Shown: one piece after another, positions 8,545-17,203 of the stretch
Layout of the letters: the number at the start of each line of letters is the position of its first letter
Numbering within the stretch: the stretch's first letter is position 1
Assembly: GCA_045626925.1 (NCBI GenBank)
Contig: JAZUQZ010000029.1
Coordinates: forward strand, 94,479-158,478
Length of the DNA: 64,000 nucleotides
From: Candidatus Aphodoplasma sp.
GTDB lineage: Bacteria > Bacillota > Clostridia > UBA1381 > UMGS1253
Reading direction: 5' to 3'
Position numbers and translations under genes: made by a program
Notes under the pieces: generated by a model
What the model was told of the DNA's origin: nothing
The model's input: only the letters and a program-made list of their open reading frames with translations
Databases searched by the model: none

Positions 8545-9531
8545 TTAAGTTATCTTAAGACGGATGGTGAACTTGCGGCATATTCTGCGCTACCGTATGT
8601 ATTAAAAAATGGAAGAAAATTATCCGGACATTCTAACCATAAACAACGCGGATATGGTACAGAAACTATAATCGCTCCTGTTGTCATTAATGGAGTGCGT
8701 GGGAATATGGGCGCAGTGGTAAGAATTGATGAAGAGGGGAATTTTTATAAAGTACATAGAGTTTTAATGCCCGACGGCAGTACATTTATCTATGAAAATA
8801 ATAGAACCAATGCTGAAACGGCGGCAGCTACAACCGATAATGATGTAGTCGCATCGCCAACAGACATTGATTCTACCATTACTGTATCACAATCCGAACA
8901 GTCTGTCAATCCACAGCCATTGACAATTATTAATAGTACACAATCATTATTGCCTAAAGTAAACGAAGAAAAAATAAATCCTGGAGCGCGACAAAGCGTT
9001 CGTGAAGTTGTTGGAGATATTGACAATACAAAGTATAATATTCCAAAAATTTCAACTCCTGTTTTTAAAGATGATAATGGTGCCAAGTTGCCCGAAAATA
9101 AATATTCATCAGCCTTAAGAAAATATATGCTGCGGATGTTCAAGGGAAAGATTTTAGATATTGGCAAAGATAATAAGGTGTATATAAGTAAGAGGGGTAT
9201 AGAGGAGTATGCGTATCCCGCAAAACGGTTGGATAATGATATAAAAATTGCTAAACAAGCTGCTGGAAGTTCGCTTGATGAAACGTTAAAGCCGGCAATG
9301 TTTCTTATAAATCTTCCTGATGACGGACGTCATCCTGAAGCTACGGGCGGGTGGGATAATTTTTATGTAATGTTTGATACTGATAATGGTGTATATTCGG
9401 GCATTGTAAAAACAAAAAAACTGATCGTGGCCGTGAATTTCATGATATTACTGAAATACAAAAAGAAGGCACAAACCCCAACGCCAGCGATGTCAACGAA
9501 AAGAATTCGTCGCTCGCATCGAAGGGGTTAG
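8524..9531 (+). pseudogene. Polyvalent-protein gene fragment, part 1 (5'-truncated; frame 1), two modules separated by a QSVNPQPL linker
   Basis: The frame is open from 8524, right after TAG 8521. There is no ATG, only the internal GTG 8695 used by the track. It abuts the integrase stub. The tail after the A7 run at 9414-9420 looks out of frame, while the protein continues smoothly in frame 3. Confidence 0.65.
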
Positions 9532-10185
9532 ACTCAACGACATACGGAGTCAACGAATATGATTCGTCATCCGATACGAAGAATCTGCCTTCTACCACTA
9601 CTATACCACAACCCAAACAATCTGTCAACCCACAACCGTTGCCAATTGTAAAAAACGAAGCACAATTAAATCAAGGTAACGATGGTATTGGCAAAAACGA
9701 CCGCGCTGATGCTGAATTGACATACGAAGGGCGAGATGCTATACTTAGATACAAGAGTAGTGATAGCTATAAAATCAACGAAAAGCTTTATTCAGGCCAA
9801 GAGCTTAACGAGCAAGAAGCGAAGCTTGTTGCTGATATTAATAGCGCTCTTGACAAACTCCCTATTTATCAAGGCAAGGTATATCGAAATCTTTCTTTTG
9901 ATTTAAAAGGACAAGATGCATTTGACAATTTTATAAGAATGCACAAAAAAGGTGGCTTTGTAAGTTACCCGGCATTTACTTCGACATCTAAAACGCCTGA
10001 TGGCTATGTTGTTGATGGAGAGTTGTTGGTGCATATTGAGATATACAGTGCAAATGGACGCGATATAGAAAACATTGGCGACAAAGACGAGAAAGAAGTT
10101 TTGTTCAAAACAGATCCGCTTTTTATTGTGAAAGATATACAATTTGATGGCAAAGTAGCAAATATTATTTTAGAGGAGGATGGAT

Positions 10186-10434
10186 ATGACAGAATTCGAG
10201 AGAGACATGTTTTACAACATTCCAGTGAACGCAGCGCAGCAGTGCGCAACCTGCAAGAATCACATACCGATGACTTTAACGTGCAAGGCGTTTCCAGAGA
10301 GAATCCCGGACGAAATAATGCGCGGCAAATGGGACCACAGAGAGCATTACCAGGGGGACAACGGGATATTGTACGAACCGGAGGATCCGAACTTCATAGT
10401 GGCGGCGCCGTACGCCAAGAACAAGATAGATTAA
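10186..10434 (+). CDS. Small Cys/His-containing hypothetical protein (82 aa)
   Basis: Strong RBS AGAGGAGG 6 nt before ATG 10186. Sequence: MTEFERDMFYNIPVNAAQQCATCKNHIPMTLTCKAFPERIPDEIMRGKWDHREHYQGDNGILYEPED... Third codon positions are G/C-rich (56 of 82 by hand count), unlike the flanking DNA. Confidence 0.55.
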   Translation: MTEFERDMFYNIPVNAAQQCATCKNHIPMTLTCKAFPERIPDEIMRGKWDHREHYQGDNGILYEPEDPNFIVAAPYAKNKID

Positions 10435-10542
10435 ACATCGAGATCGACACTGATATTGATACAGAGCTTGTGCAAGCAGTAAAGGAAGAAGATGCAAAAG
10501 TAGAATTAGATATTTTAACGGATTTATTGGAGGTGTACGAGA

Positions 10543-10752
10543 ATGCCGAGAATATTAACGAAAAATCAGACTATGTTAGCTGGGTATCTGGTAGCGGTTG
10601 GTTGCAGCAAGGCAACCGCTACCAGAATAATCTTCGAAACGTGGCAAGAGGACAAAACAATCAAAATGTTGGAATTTTGCAGGGACAATCCCAACGCAAC
10701 GGAAGCCGAGCTTTCCAGAGCGTCATCGAAAATCTCCTTGGAAAACAATTAG
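10543..10752 (+). CDS. Small hypothetical protein (69 aa)
   Basis: GGAGGTG RBS 8 nt before ATG 10543. Sequence: MPRILTKNQTMLAGYLVAVGCSKATATRIIFETWQEDKTIKMLEFCRDNPNATEAELSRAS... Confidence 0.5.
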   Translation: MPRILTKNQTMLAGYLVAVGCSKATATRIIFETWQEDKTIKMLEFCRDNPNATEAELSRASSKISLENN

Positions 10753-10758
10753 AAATAG

Positions 10759-11100
10759 TCTCAAATTCGGATAACGGACGATGTTCTTGGCGACATCTAT
10801 GGCAAACTCAGCACCATTGAGAGCAGTAAGAACAGCCAGGGCAAAACAATCAGCGGAAGTCAGAACCATAATGTATATAATTACATAAATACGCTCAGCT
10901 TGTCCGGGGAACAAAGGCGTTTACTTTTTGCCTGGTTTGCGTCATCGACGAATGAGCAGAAAAATCAGCGGTATAATGTAATTAATAATTTAAACATTCC
11001 TCAAGGCGACAAAGTAACTGTCCTTCAGTGGCTCCAGGGTAACAAAACAATAAGCGACACGCATATCAAAAAGATATTTAACAGAACTAAAAAACAATAA
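10759..11100 (+). pseudogene. Start-less C-terminal gene fragment of the element (open frame 10759-11100; only a TTG at 10900)
   Basis: Translation: ...DDVLGDIYGKLSTIESSKNSQGKTISGSQNHNVYNYINTLSLSGEQRRLLFAWF...RYNVINNLNIPQGDKVTVLQWLQGNK...*. No ATG/GTG and no RBS at its 5' end. Confidence 0.45.
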
Positions 11101-11104
11101 TAAA

Positions 11105-11140
11105 AAAGCTTGCATCTTTTGTTTTGAAGGTGCAAGCTTT
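11105..11140 (+). terminator. Hairpin (terminator-like) after the last element ORF
   Basis: 10-bp stem AAAGCTTGCA / TGCAAGCTTT with a 16-nt loop. The T-run is weak. Confidence 0.4.
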
Positions 11141-11280
11141 CTGTTGACTAATTTTTGACTAACTTTTATTTGCTTTTCTATGTATTTTTATGTTGTTTTA
11201 TGCTTTAAATAATGTGATGTGCAATAAAACAAAAACCACTTAAACGCCATACAAAACTTGGTTTTAAGCGGTTTTGAGTG

Positions 11281-11356
11281 TGGAGCTGTCTAGCGGATTC
11301 GAACCGCCGACCTCTTCCTTACCAAGGAAGTGCTCTGCCTACTGAGCTAAGACAGC
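11281..11356 (-). tRNA. tRNA-Thr (anticodon GGT), intact; its 3' 46 nt form the second att repeat
   Basis: Reverse complement is GCTGTCTTAGCTCAGTAGGCAGAGCACTTCCTTGGTAAGGAAGAGGTCGGCGGTTCGAATCCGCTAGACAGCTCCA, with anticodon loop TTGGTAA. Confidence 0.9.
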
Positions 11357-11375
11357 ATATAAAAATAAAAAAAGA

Positions 11376-11452
11376 TGGCGACCCGGAAGGGGCTCGAACC
11401 CTCGACCTCCAGCGTGACAGGCTGGCGTTCTAACCAACTGAACTACCGGGCC
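11376..11452 (-). tRNA. tRNA-Asp (anticodon GTC)
   Basis: Reverse complement is GGCCCGGTAGTTCAGTTGGTTAGAACGCCAGCCTGTCACGCTGGAGGTCGAGGGTTCGAGCCCCTTCCGGGTCGCCA. Confidence 0.9.
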
Positions 11453-11470
11453 ACAAATCTTACTTTAATA

Positions 11471-11499
11471 ATTATACACGCCGAAATATATTGTGTCAA
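11471..11499 (-). promoter_or_regulatory. Consensus sigma-A promoter for the tRNA-Asp/tRNA-Thr unit
   Basis: On the minus strand: TTGACA (11499-11494), 17-nt spacer, TATAAT (11476-11471). Confidence 0.7.
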
Positions 11500-11584
11500 T
11501 ATAAAAACAAAATTTTCTGCTGAGTATAATTTTATTGATAGGCTTATCTTGACAAAACCGAGTTTGTTATTTATTTAACTATAT

Positions 11585-11613
11585 TTGCAATTCGACAAAA
11601 TGTGTGTTATAAT
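11585..11613 (+). promoter_or_regulatory. Promoter candidate for the rnf operon
   Basis: TTGCAA (11585-11590), 17-nt spacer, TGT-extended TATAAT (11608-11613). Confidence 0.6.
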
Positions 11614-11658
11614 ATCATAGATTATGCATTTAGTGCATTATAAGGAGATGATTAGCAA

Positions 11659-12996
11659 ATGGCATATAGTTTTAAAGGGGGAATTCACCCTAACGATAAT
11701 AAGGCGCATACGAACAAATTACCGATATATGTGCTCGATGGGGTAAATGAGCATGTGTTTCCGCTTATTCAACATATTGGTGCTCCGCTTGAACCGATTG
11801 TTGAAATTGGAAGTGCAGTAAAGGTTGGAACAAAAATTGCTGATTCCGATGCTTTTGTTTGCGCGCCGATTCATAGCTCCGTTTCGGGAACGGTCAAAGC
11901 AATTGAAAATCGTTTACACCCAAATGGTGCAGAGGTGTTGAGCATCATTATTGAAAATGATGGCGAATATCTTATAGATGAAAGCGTGTGCCCGAAAGGC
12001 GAGCTTGATGATTTATCGAGTGAAGATATCATAAAAATTATTCGCGAAGCGGGAATCGTTGGTATGGGCGGAGCAGGCTTTCCAACGCACATAAAGCTTT
12101 CGCCACCAAAGGATAAAAAGATTGAATATGTAATTGTAAATGGTGCTGAATGTGAACCATATCTTACAAGCGACCATAGGGTACTGCTTGAGTCGCCGGA
12201 TATGGTTTTGTTTGGTTTAAAAGCGATTATGCGTGCGCTTGGTCTTGATAAAGGAAATATTGCGATTGAACAAAATAAGCCGGATGCCATATTGTTGATT
12301 GAAGAAAAGCTTAAAAACAGTGAGTATGAGGGCATAAAATTGTGCGAGCTTCGAACAAAGTATCCACAAGGTGCCGAAAAGCAACTCATCTCGGCAATCA
12401 CCGGACGCGAGGTGCCATCAGGGGCATTGCCGGCGGATGTTGGTTGTGTTGTTGTAAATGTTGATACTGCGTTTGCAGTTGCAAATGCAATAAAAAATGG
12501 TATGCCACTTATAAGACGCATAGTGACAGTTTCGGGTGATGCGGTTACAAATCCGGCAAATTTTGAGGTTCGTCTTGGCATGAGCTTTGCGGATATATTT
12601 GAAAAAGCGGGCGGTTTTGTAAAGGAGCCGGCAAAAATAATCATGGGTGGACCAATGATGGGACAGGCACAGGCTACACTTGATGTTCCGGTTGTAAAAG
12701 GGACATCGGCACTTTTGGCGTTTAGTGAGGATATGGATGTATTTAACGACAAGGATACATGTATTCGTTGCGGAAAGTGTGTAAAGGCGTGCCCGATGAA
12801 ATTGATGCCATTGTATATAAACATGTATGCGATGGAGGGCGACTATGAAATGTGCGAGAAGTACAATGTACTTGATTGTATCGAATGTGGTGTATGCTCG
12901 TATTTGTGCCCCGGCAGACGCCATCCAGTACAAAATATTCGTGTTGCAAAACAAAAGGTTATGCAAATAAGGCGTGAAAGAGAAAGCAAAAAATAA
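11659..12996 (+). CDS. rnfC: Rnf electron transport complex subunit C
   Basis: 445 aa. GMGGAGFPT NADH/FMN-site motif and two 4Fe-4S motifs, CIRCGKCVKACP and CIECGVCSYLCP. AAGGAG RBS. Confidence 0.93.
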   Translation: MAYSFKGGIHPNDNKAHTNKLPIYVLDGVNEHVFPLIQHIGAPLEPIVEIGSAVKVGTKIADSDAFVCAPIHSSVSGTVKAIENRLHPNGAEVLSIIIENDGEYLIDESVCPKGELDDLSSEDIIKIIREAGIVGMGGAGFPTHIKLSPPKDKKIEYVIVNGAECEPYLTSDHRVLLESPDMVLFGLKAIMRALGLDKGNIAIEQNKPDAILLIEEKLKNSEYEGIKLCELRTKYPQGAEKQLISAITGREVPSGALPADVGCVVVNVDTAFAVANAIKNGMPLIRRIVTVSGDAVTNPANFEVRLGMSFADIFEKAGGFVKEPAKIIMGGPMMGQAQATLDVPVVKGTSALLAFSEDMDVFNDKDTCIRCGKCVKACPMKLMPLYINMYAMEGDYEMCEKYNVLDCIECGVCSYLCPGRRHPVQNIRVAKQKVMQIRRERESKK

Positions 12997-13072
12997 ACAT
13001 AGATGTATTTGTTTAAGAGGGGTTTATAAACTAATTTGGGCCGGATAACCTTCGGCAGAATGGAGATTGAAT

Positions 13073-14116
13073 ATGTTAAACAAAAAGCTTATCGTATCGT
13101 CGTCACCGCACATATCGACGGCAGAAAATACAAAAATGATAATGCTCGATGTAATAATTGCACTTATACCGGCGCTTATAGCAGGGTGGTTTTACTTTGG
13201 TATACGCGCTTTGGCAGTTGCAGCAACAAGTATTATTTCGTGCGTTGCGGCGGAGTACATATATCAGTGGTTATATATTGCTTTTAAGATTAAAAACGAA
13301 AAACATACTACGATGAAAGACGCACTCAATCATGCTTCCACAAAAACTGATGTAGGTGATTTGAGCGCAGTGGTAACAGGTCTTTTGCTTGCGCTTAATA
13401 TGCCGGTTACAATACCATATCCGATGATTATGATTGGTGGCGTTTTTGCAATAGTTGTTGTAAAACAAATCTTTGGCGGCATTGGTAAAAACTTTGTAAA
13501 TCCTGCACTTGCAGCGCGTGCGTTTATGCTTGCCTCGTGGCCTGTTGCTATGACATCATTTGTATCACCGGTGATGAATTTTGCGACTTATGTAAAAGGT
13601 GTAGACGCGGCTACAAGTGCTACGCCGCTTGCAATTTTGAAGCAGGGTCTTGAAGCAAATGCAGCACCGTCACTTTATGATATGTTTTTAGGGCGTATTG
13701 GTGGTTGTATAGGTGAAACGGCGACGGTTCTTCTTATAATAGGCGGACTTTACCTTATGCTTCGCCGCGTAATTGACGCTCGCGTACCGCTTTCATATCT
13801 TGGAAGTTTTGCAATTTTAGTATTCTTTTTTGGCTCACAGCCATATAACATAAATTTTGTTATGTATCATTTGTGCACAGGCGGTCTTATGCTTGGTGCG
13901 ATATTTATGGCAACGGATTATGTAACAAATCCGACAACAAAAGGCGGTCACATAATTTTTGGCATAGGTTGTGGCGTATTGACTTTTGTGATAAGACGCT
14001 TTGGCGGCTATCCGGAGGGCGCAACATATGCAATATTGATTATGAATGTTGTAACGCCTCTTATTGATAAATATGTTCATCCAAAGAAATTTGGGGAGGT
14101 GGCAAAGCGTGGATAA
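13073..14116 (+). CDS. rnfD: Rnf complex subunit D (NqrB/RnfD family membrane protein)
   Basis: Polytopic membrane ORF: SSSPHI... N-terminus, MATDYVTNP. TGGAGA RBS 6 nt before ATG 13073 (track start is TTG 13067). Confidence 0.9.
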   Translation: MLNKKLIVSSSPHISTAENTKMIMLDVIIALIPALIAGWFYFGIRALAVAATSIISCVAAEYIYQWLYIAFKIKNEKHTTMKDALNHASTKTDVGDLSAVVTGLLLALNMPVTIPYPMIMIGGVFAIVVVKQIFGGIGKNFVNPALAARAFMLASWPVAMTSFVSPVMNFATYVKGVDAATSATPLAILKQGLEANAAPSLYDMFLGRIGGCIGETATVLLIIGGLYLMLRRVIDARVPLSYLGSFAILVFFFGSQPYNINFVMYHLCTGGLMLGAIFMATDYVTNPTTKGGHIIFGIGCGVLTFVIRRFGGYPEGATYAILIMNVVTPLIDKYVHPKKFGEVAKRG

Positions 14117-14690
14117 TCAGGTTAAAAATATTTTAAGATATGCTTTGATTTTATTTATTATAACAGCAGTAAGTGCAGCTTTGCTTGCAGGGATAAATAT
14201 GCTTACAAAAGATAAAATAAGCGAAAATGCTTTGCTTGCAGAAAACGAAGCACTTGGAGAGGTTATGGCGCAGGCGAAAGAGTTTGAGTCACTTGATGAA
14301 GCGTCGGCAATAGGCTATGGCGCAAAGGCAATATATATTGCAAAAGATGAGGCAGGTATAGAAATAGGATATTGTGTAAAAATGGCACAAAATGGTTATG
14401 GAGGAGAAATCATCAGCATAATTGGTGTCGGTCAAGACGGCCTTGTGAGCGGTGTAAGCATCATATCCCATTCGGAGACGCCGGGTCTTGGGGCAAAGCT
14501 TGTAGGGGAAAATTTTAAAGGACAATTCGTCGGCAAAGGCAAGGTGAGCGTCGTAAAAGCGGGCGCGAAGGAAGGCGAAATAAACGCTATTTCCGGTGCT
14601 ACCATAAGTTCAAAAGCACTTACATCAAGTGTTAATGCGGCGGTTGATATTTGTGAAAAAATTAAGAAAGAGGGGGCAGTTATACAATGA
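14109..14690 (+). CDS. rnfG: Rnf complex subunit G (FMN-binding)
   Basis: N-terminal TM helix and the FMN-binding motif AISGATISS. GGGGAGGTGG RBS before GTG 14109. The track ORF extends to 14064, which would overlap rnfD. Confidence 0.88.
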   Translation: MDNQVKNILRYALILFIITAVSAALLAGINMLTKDKISENALLAENEALGEVMAQAKEFESLDEASAIGYGAKAIYIAKDEAGIEIGYCVKMAQNGYGGEIISIIGVGQDGLVSGVSIISHSETPGLGAKLVGENFKGQFVGKGKVSVVKAGAKEGEINAISGATISSKALTSSVNAAVDICEKIKKEGAVIQ

Positions 14691-15304
14691 AAAAAAATAA
14701 GTATTTAGCCACTCTTTTAAATGGTATTATAACAGAAAATCCGACATTTGTTCAGCTCATAGGTATGTGTCCGACACTTGCAGTTACGACAACACTTCAA
14801 AATGGTGTTACGATGGGAATTGCGGCGACGCTCGTTCTTATGGCATCAAATATGGTGATATCGATTTTGAGAAAGTTTATACCGGATAAGATAAGAATTG
14901 CGGCGTATGTCGTAATTATTGCAAGCTTTGTGTCGATAATTGAAATGGTTTTAAAGGCGTTTCTTCCGGCACTTGCAGAAAGTCTTGGAATATTTATCCC
15001 GCTTATAGTTGTAAACTGTATAATTCTTGCGCGCGCAGAGGCGTTTGCATCGAAAAATTCTGTCGGCCTTTCGGCGCTTGACGGACTTGGGATGGGACTT
15101 GGTTTTACTGTTGCACTTGCAATCATATCGACCGTGCGTGAGATACTTGGTTCGGGTACAATTTGGGGCGCAAGTGTTGGTATATCAGCGCCTATGACGA
15201 TGTTTATCCTTCCGCCAGGCGGTTTTGTTATACTTGGTCTTGTTATAGGAATGATTCAGCTTATTACTGCTATGGCGAAAAAGAGAAAAGGCGGTGATGC
15301 ATAA
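14687..15304 (+). CDS. rnfE: Rnf complex subunit E
   Basis: 205-aa NqrD/RnfE-type membrane protein: [31 protein letters not shown]. Confidence 0.92.
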   Translation: MKKNKYLATLLNGIITENPTFVQLIGMCPTLAVTTTLQNGVTMGIAATLVLMASNMVISILRKFIPDKIRIAAYVVIIASFVSIIEMVLKAFLPALAESLGIFIPLIVVNCIILARAEAFASKNSVGLSALDGLGMGLGFTVALAIISTVREILGSGTIWGASVGISAPMTMFILPPGGFVILGLVIGMIQLITAMAKKRKGGDA

Positions 15305-15885
15305 TGCTTTCAGAGCTTTTTACAATTTCACTTACTGCAATATTGATTGAAAACTTTGTGCTTGTAAAGTTTTTGGGAATATGTCCGTTTTTGGGAGTAT
15401 CTAAAAAGGTTGATACTGCGGTCGGTATGGGTTGCGCGGTTGCATTTGTAATGACGCTTGCGTCGGCTATGACATGGGTAGTGTGGACATATATGCTTGT
15501 ACCGCTGAATCTTCAGTACTTACAGACGATTGCATTTATTTTAGTAATAGCAGTTTTAGTACAGTTTGTCGAAATGGTTTTGCAAAAGATGATGCCGTCG
15601 CTTTATAATGCGCTTGGTATATATTTGCCTCTTATTACTACAAACTGTGCAGTTTTGGGTGTTGCGATACTTAATATTGATAACGGTTATAGCTTTATAA
15701 GCTCAATCGCGTATGGTCTTAGTGCGGCGCTTGGTTTTACACTTGCGATTGTACTTTTTGCAGGCGTGCGCGAAAGAACAAGATTTTCAAACCCGCCAAA
15801 ATGCCTTGAGGGTTTTCCGATAGCGCTTGTCAGTGCAGGTCTTATAGCGCTTGCATTTATGGGTTTTTCGGGCTTTAAAATCTAA
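15304..15885 (+). CDS. rnfA: Rnf complex subunit A
   Basis: 193-aa NqrE/RnfA-type membrane protein: [31 protein letters not shown]. Confidence 0.92.
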   Translation: MLSELFTISLTAILIENFVLVKFLGICPFLGVSKKVDTAVGMGCAVAFVMTLASAMTWVVWTYMLVPLNLQYLQTIAFILVIAVLVQFVEMVLQKMMPSLYNALGIYLPLITTNCAVLGVAILNIDNGYSFISSIAYGLSAALGFTLAIVLFAGVRERTRFSNPPKCLEGFPIALVSAGLIALAFMGFSGFKI

Positions 15886-15924
15886 GACATATTACGCATG
15901 ATTTGAGTGAAAGGGAGTGTCATT

Positions 15925-16707
15925 ATGGTGCAGATATTAACATCACTTGCAATACTTGGCGGACTTGGGCTTTTGTTTGGTGCTATACTTGGTTATGCAT
16001 CAAAGGTTTTCGCGGTTGAAAGAGATGAAAGAATAGATAAAATTGTTGGTTGTTTGCCGGGGGCAAATTGTGGCGGCTGTGGTTTTGCCGGGTGTGCAAA
16101 TTTTGCCCAGGCTGTTGTAAATGGAGACGCTAAATATTCGGGGTGTCCGGTATGTAATGAGTCCCAACGCGAGCAAATTGCACAAGTTATGGGCGTAAGT
16201 GCAGAGGCTGGTGAGAAAAAATACGCGTTTGTATTTTGCAGCGGCGCAAGTGGCGTAGCCGAGGAAAAGTATATTTATGACGGCATAAGCGATTGTAATG
16301 CGGCGGCGCGACTTGGGGGCGGGCAAAAGAAGTGCAAGTACGCATGTCTTGGCCTTGGCAGTTGTGCAAAGGTGTGCAAATTTGGTGCGATTTCGATAAA
16401 GAACGGTGTTGCCGTTGTTGATAAGGAAAAATGTACTGCGTGCGGCATGTGTATAGATGCTTGTCCTAAACATGTTATCGGCCTTGTTGCAGATAAAGAG
16501 CAGAAAATTGTGGCATGTAGCTCGAAGGATAAAGGTGCAGCAGTTACAAAGGCGTGTCGCGTTGGATGTATCGGCTGTGGTCTTTGTGTAAAAGAGTGCC
16601 CTGTAGATGCTATTAAGCTTGAAAACAATTTGGCAGTGATTGATGAACAAAAGTGTATTAACTGTGGTGCATGCAAGACAAAATGCCCACGAGGAATTAT
16701 TTTATAA
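15925..16707 (+). CDS. rnfB: Rnf complex subunit B (polyferredoxin)
   Basis: N-terminal TM helix, CGGCGFAGC cluster, then repeated 4Fe-4S motifs (CTACGMCIDACP, CIGCGLCVKECP, CINCGACKTKCP). AAGGGAG RBS before ATG 15925. Confidence 0.9.
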   Translation: MVQILTSLAILGGLGLLFGAILGYASKVFAVERDERIDKIVGCLPGANCGGCGFAGCANFAQAVVNGDAKYSGCPVCNESQREQIAQVMGVSAEAGEKKYAFVFCSGASGVAEEKYIYDGISDCNAAARLGGGQKKCKYACLGLGSCAKVCKFGAISIKNGVAVVDKEKCTACGMCIDACPKHVIGLVADKEQKIVACSSKDKGAAVTKACRVGCIGCGLCVKECPVDAIKLENNLAVIDEQKCINCGACKTKCPRGIIL

Positions 16708-16739
16708 AAGGCTTTGTTTTATAATTACGGAGGGTATAT

Positions 16740-17090
16740 ATGTATTTTTCAAATGTGTTTGGACCTATGAAGTGGCACATTGTCTGGTGTGTGGCGGTGT
16801 TCTATTTATTGCCTGCACTAAAGTTTGTTGCGCCTGATATGGCCATAAACATAATGCTTATTGCAAATGCTGCAAATGCGCTCGTAATTTTAATCACAGG
16901 CGTGGCGCTTACAATAAAAGAGGGATTTAAATGGTATTATCCGTTTATAGTTGCCTTCGTGTATGCTCCGTCACTTATGCTTTATTATGATGTGTCGATG
17001 ACGATAAATGTTGTCACCTATTGTATTATGAGTTATGCAAGTCTTGTTATAGGATTTATTATATCAAGGTTATTTGAAAGAAACAGATAA
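16740..17090 (+). CDS. Hypothetical small membrane protein (116 aa, 3-4 hydrophobic helices)
   Basis: ORF with a GGAGGG RBS directly after rnfB. No motif I recognise. Confidence 0.5.
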   Translation: MYFSNVFGPMKWHIVWCVAVFYLLPALKFVAPDMAINIMLIANAANALVILITGVALTIKEGFKWYYPFIVAFVYAPSLMLYYDVSMTINVVTYCIMSYASLVIGFIISRLFERNR

Positions 17091-17096
17091 AATTAA

Positions 17097-17119
17097 GGAG
17101 CGCTTGGGCGCTCTTTTTT
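17097..17119 (+). terminator. Rho-independent terminator ending the rnf transcription unit
   Basis: GAGCGC TTGG GCGCTC followed by TTTTTT. Confidence 0.8.
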
Positions 17120-17203
17120 ATTGATATTACCACAATGGCATAGATAAAGAATTTTGGGCATAATATTATAAAGGCGAAATGATAATCAGAAAGGCTATAA
17201 ATT

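Larger units (their letters stand above)
9420..10820 (+). pseudogene. Polyvalent-protein gene fragment, part 2 (frame 3) carrying an ADP-ribosyltransferase (R-S-E clade) domain at about 9700-10185; the true 3' end is uncertain
   Basis: Frame 3 is open from 9387. The track ORF starts at TTG 9639, inside the second QSVNPQPL linker. ART motifs: ILRYKSSDSYKINEKLY, VYRNL (R at 9885-9887), FTSTS (9981-9989), EKEVLF (E at 10089 and 10095). The tail beyond about 10185 overlaps two better-supported small ORFs. Confidence 0.65.
8271..11326. mobile_element. Decayed integrative element (ICE or prophage remnant, about 3 kb) inserted in the 3' half of tRNA-Thr, bounded by 46-nt direct repeats
   Basis: 8271-8316 matches 11281-11326 at 45 of 46 positions, in the same orientation. 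The interior holds a recombinase C-terminal stub, polyvalent-protein fragments and small ORFs. Core genes lie immediately outside. Confidence 0.8.

Noticed and set aside
11375-11578. 67-aa plus-strand ORF (MATRKGLEPSTSS...)
   Set aside because: Its first 78 nt are the antisense of tRNA-Asp, and the rest runs through the tRNA promoter. It is an artefact of the tRNA sequence.
11871-12824. 317-aa minus-strand ORF inside rnfC (also 12418..12966)
   Set aside because: It is an antisense shadow of a well-supported gene. The composition is low-complexity and S/P/F-rich, with no RBS.
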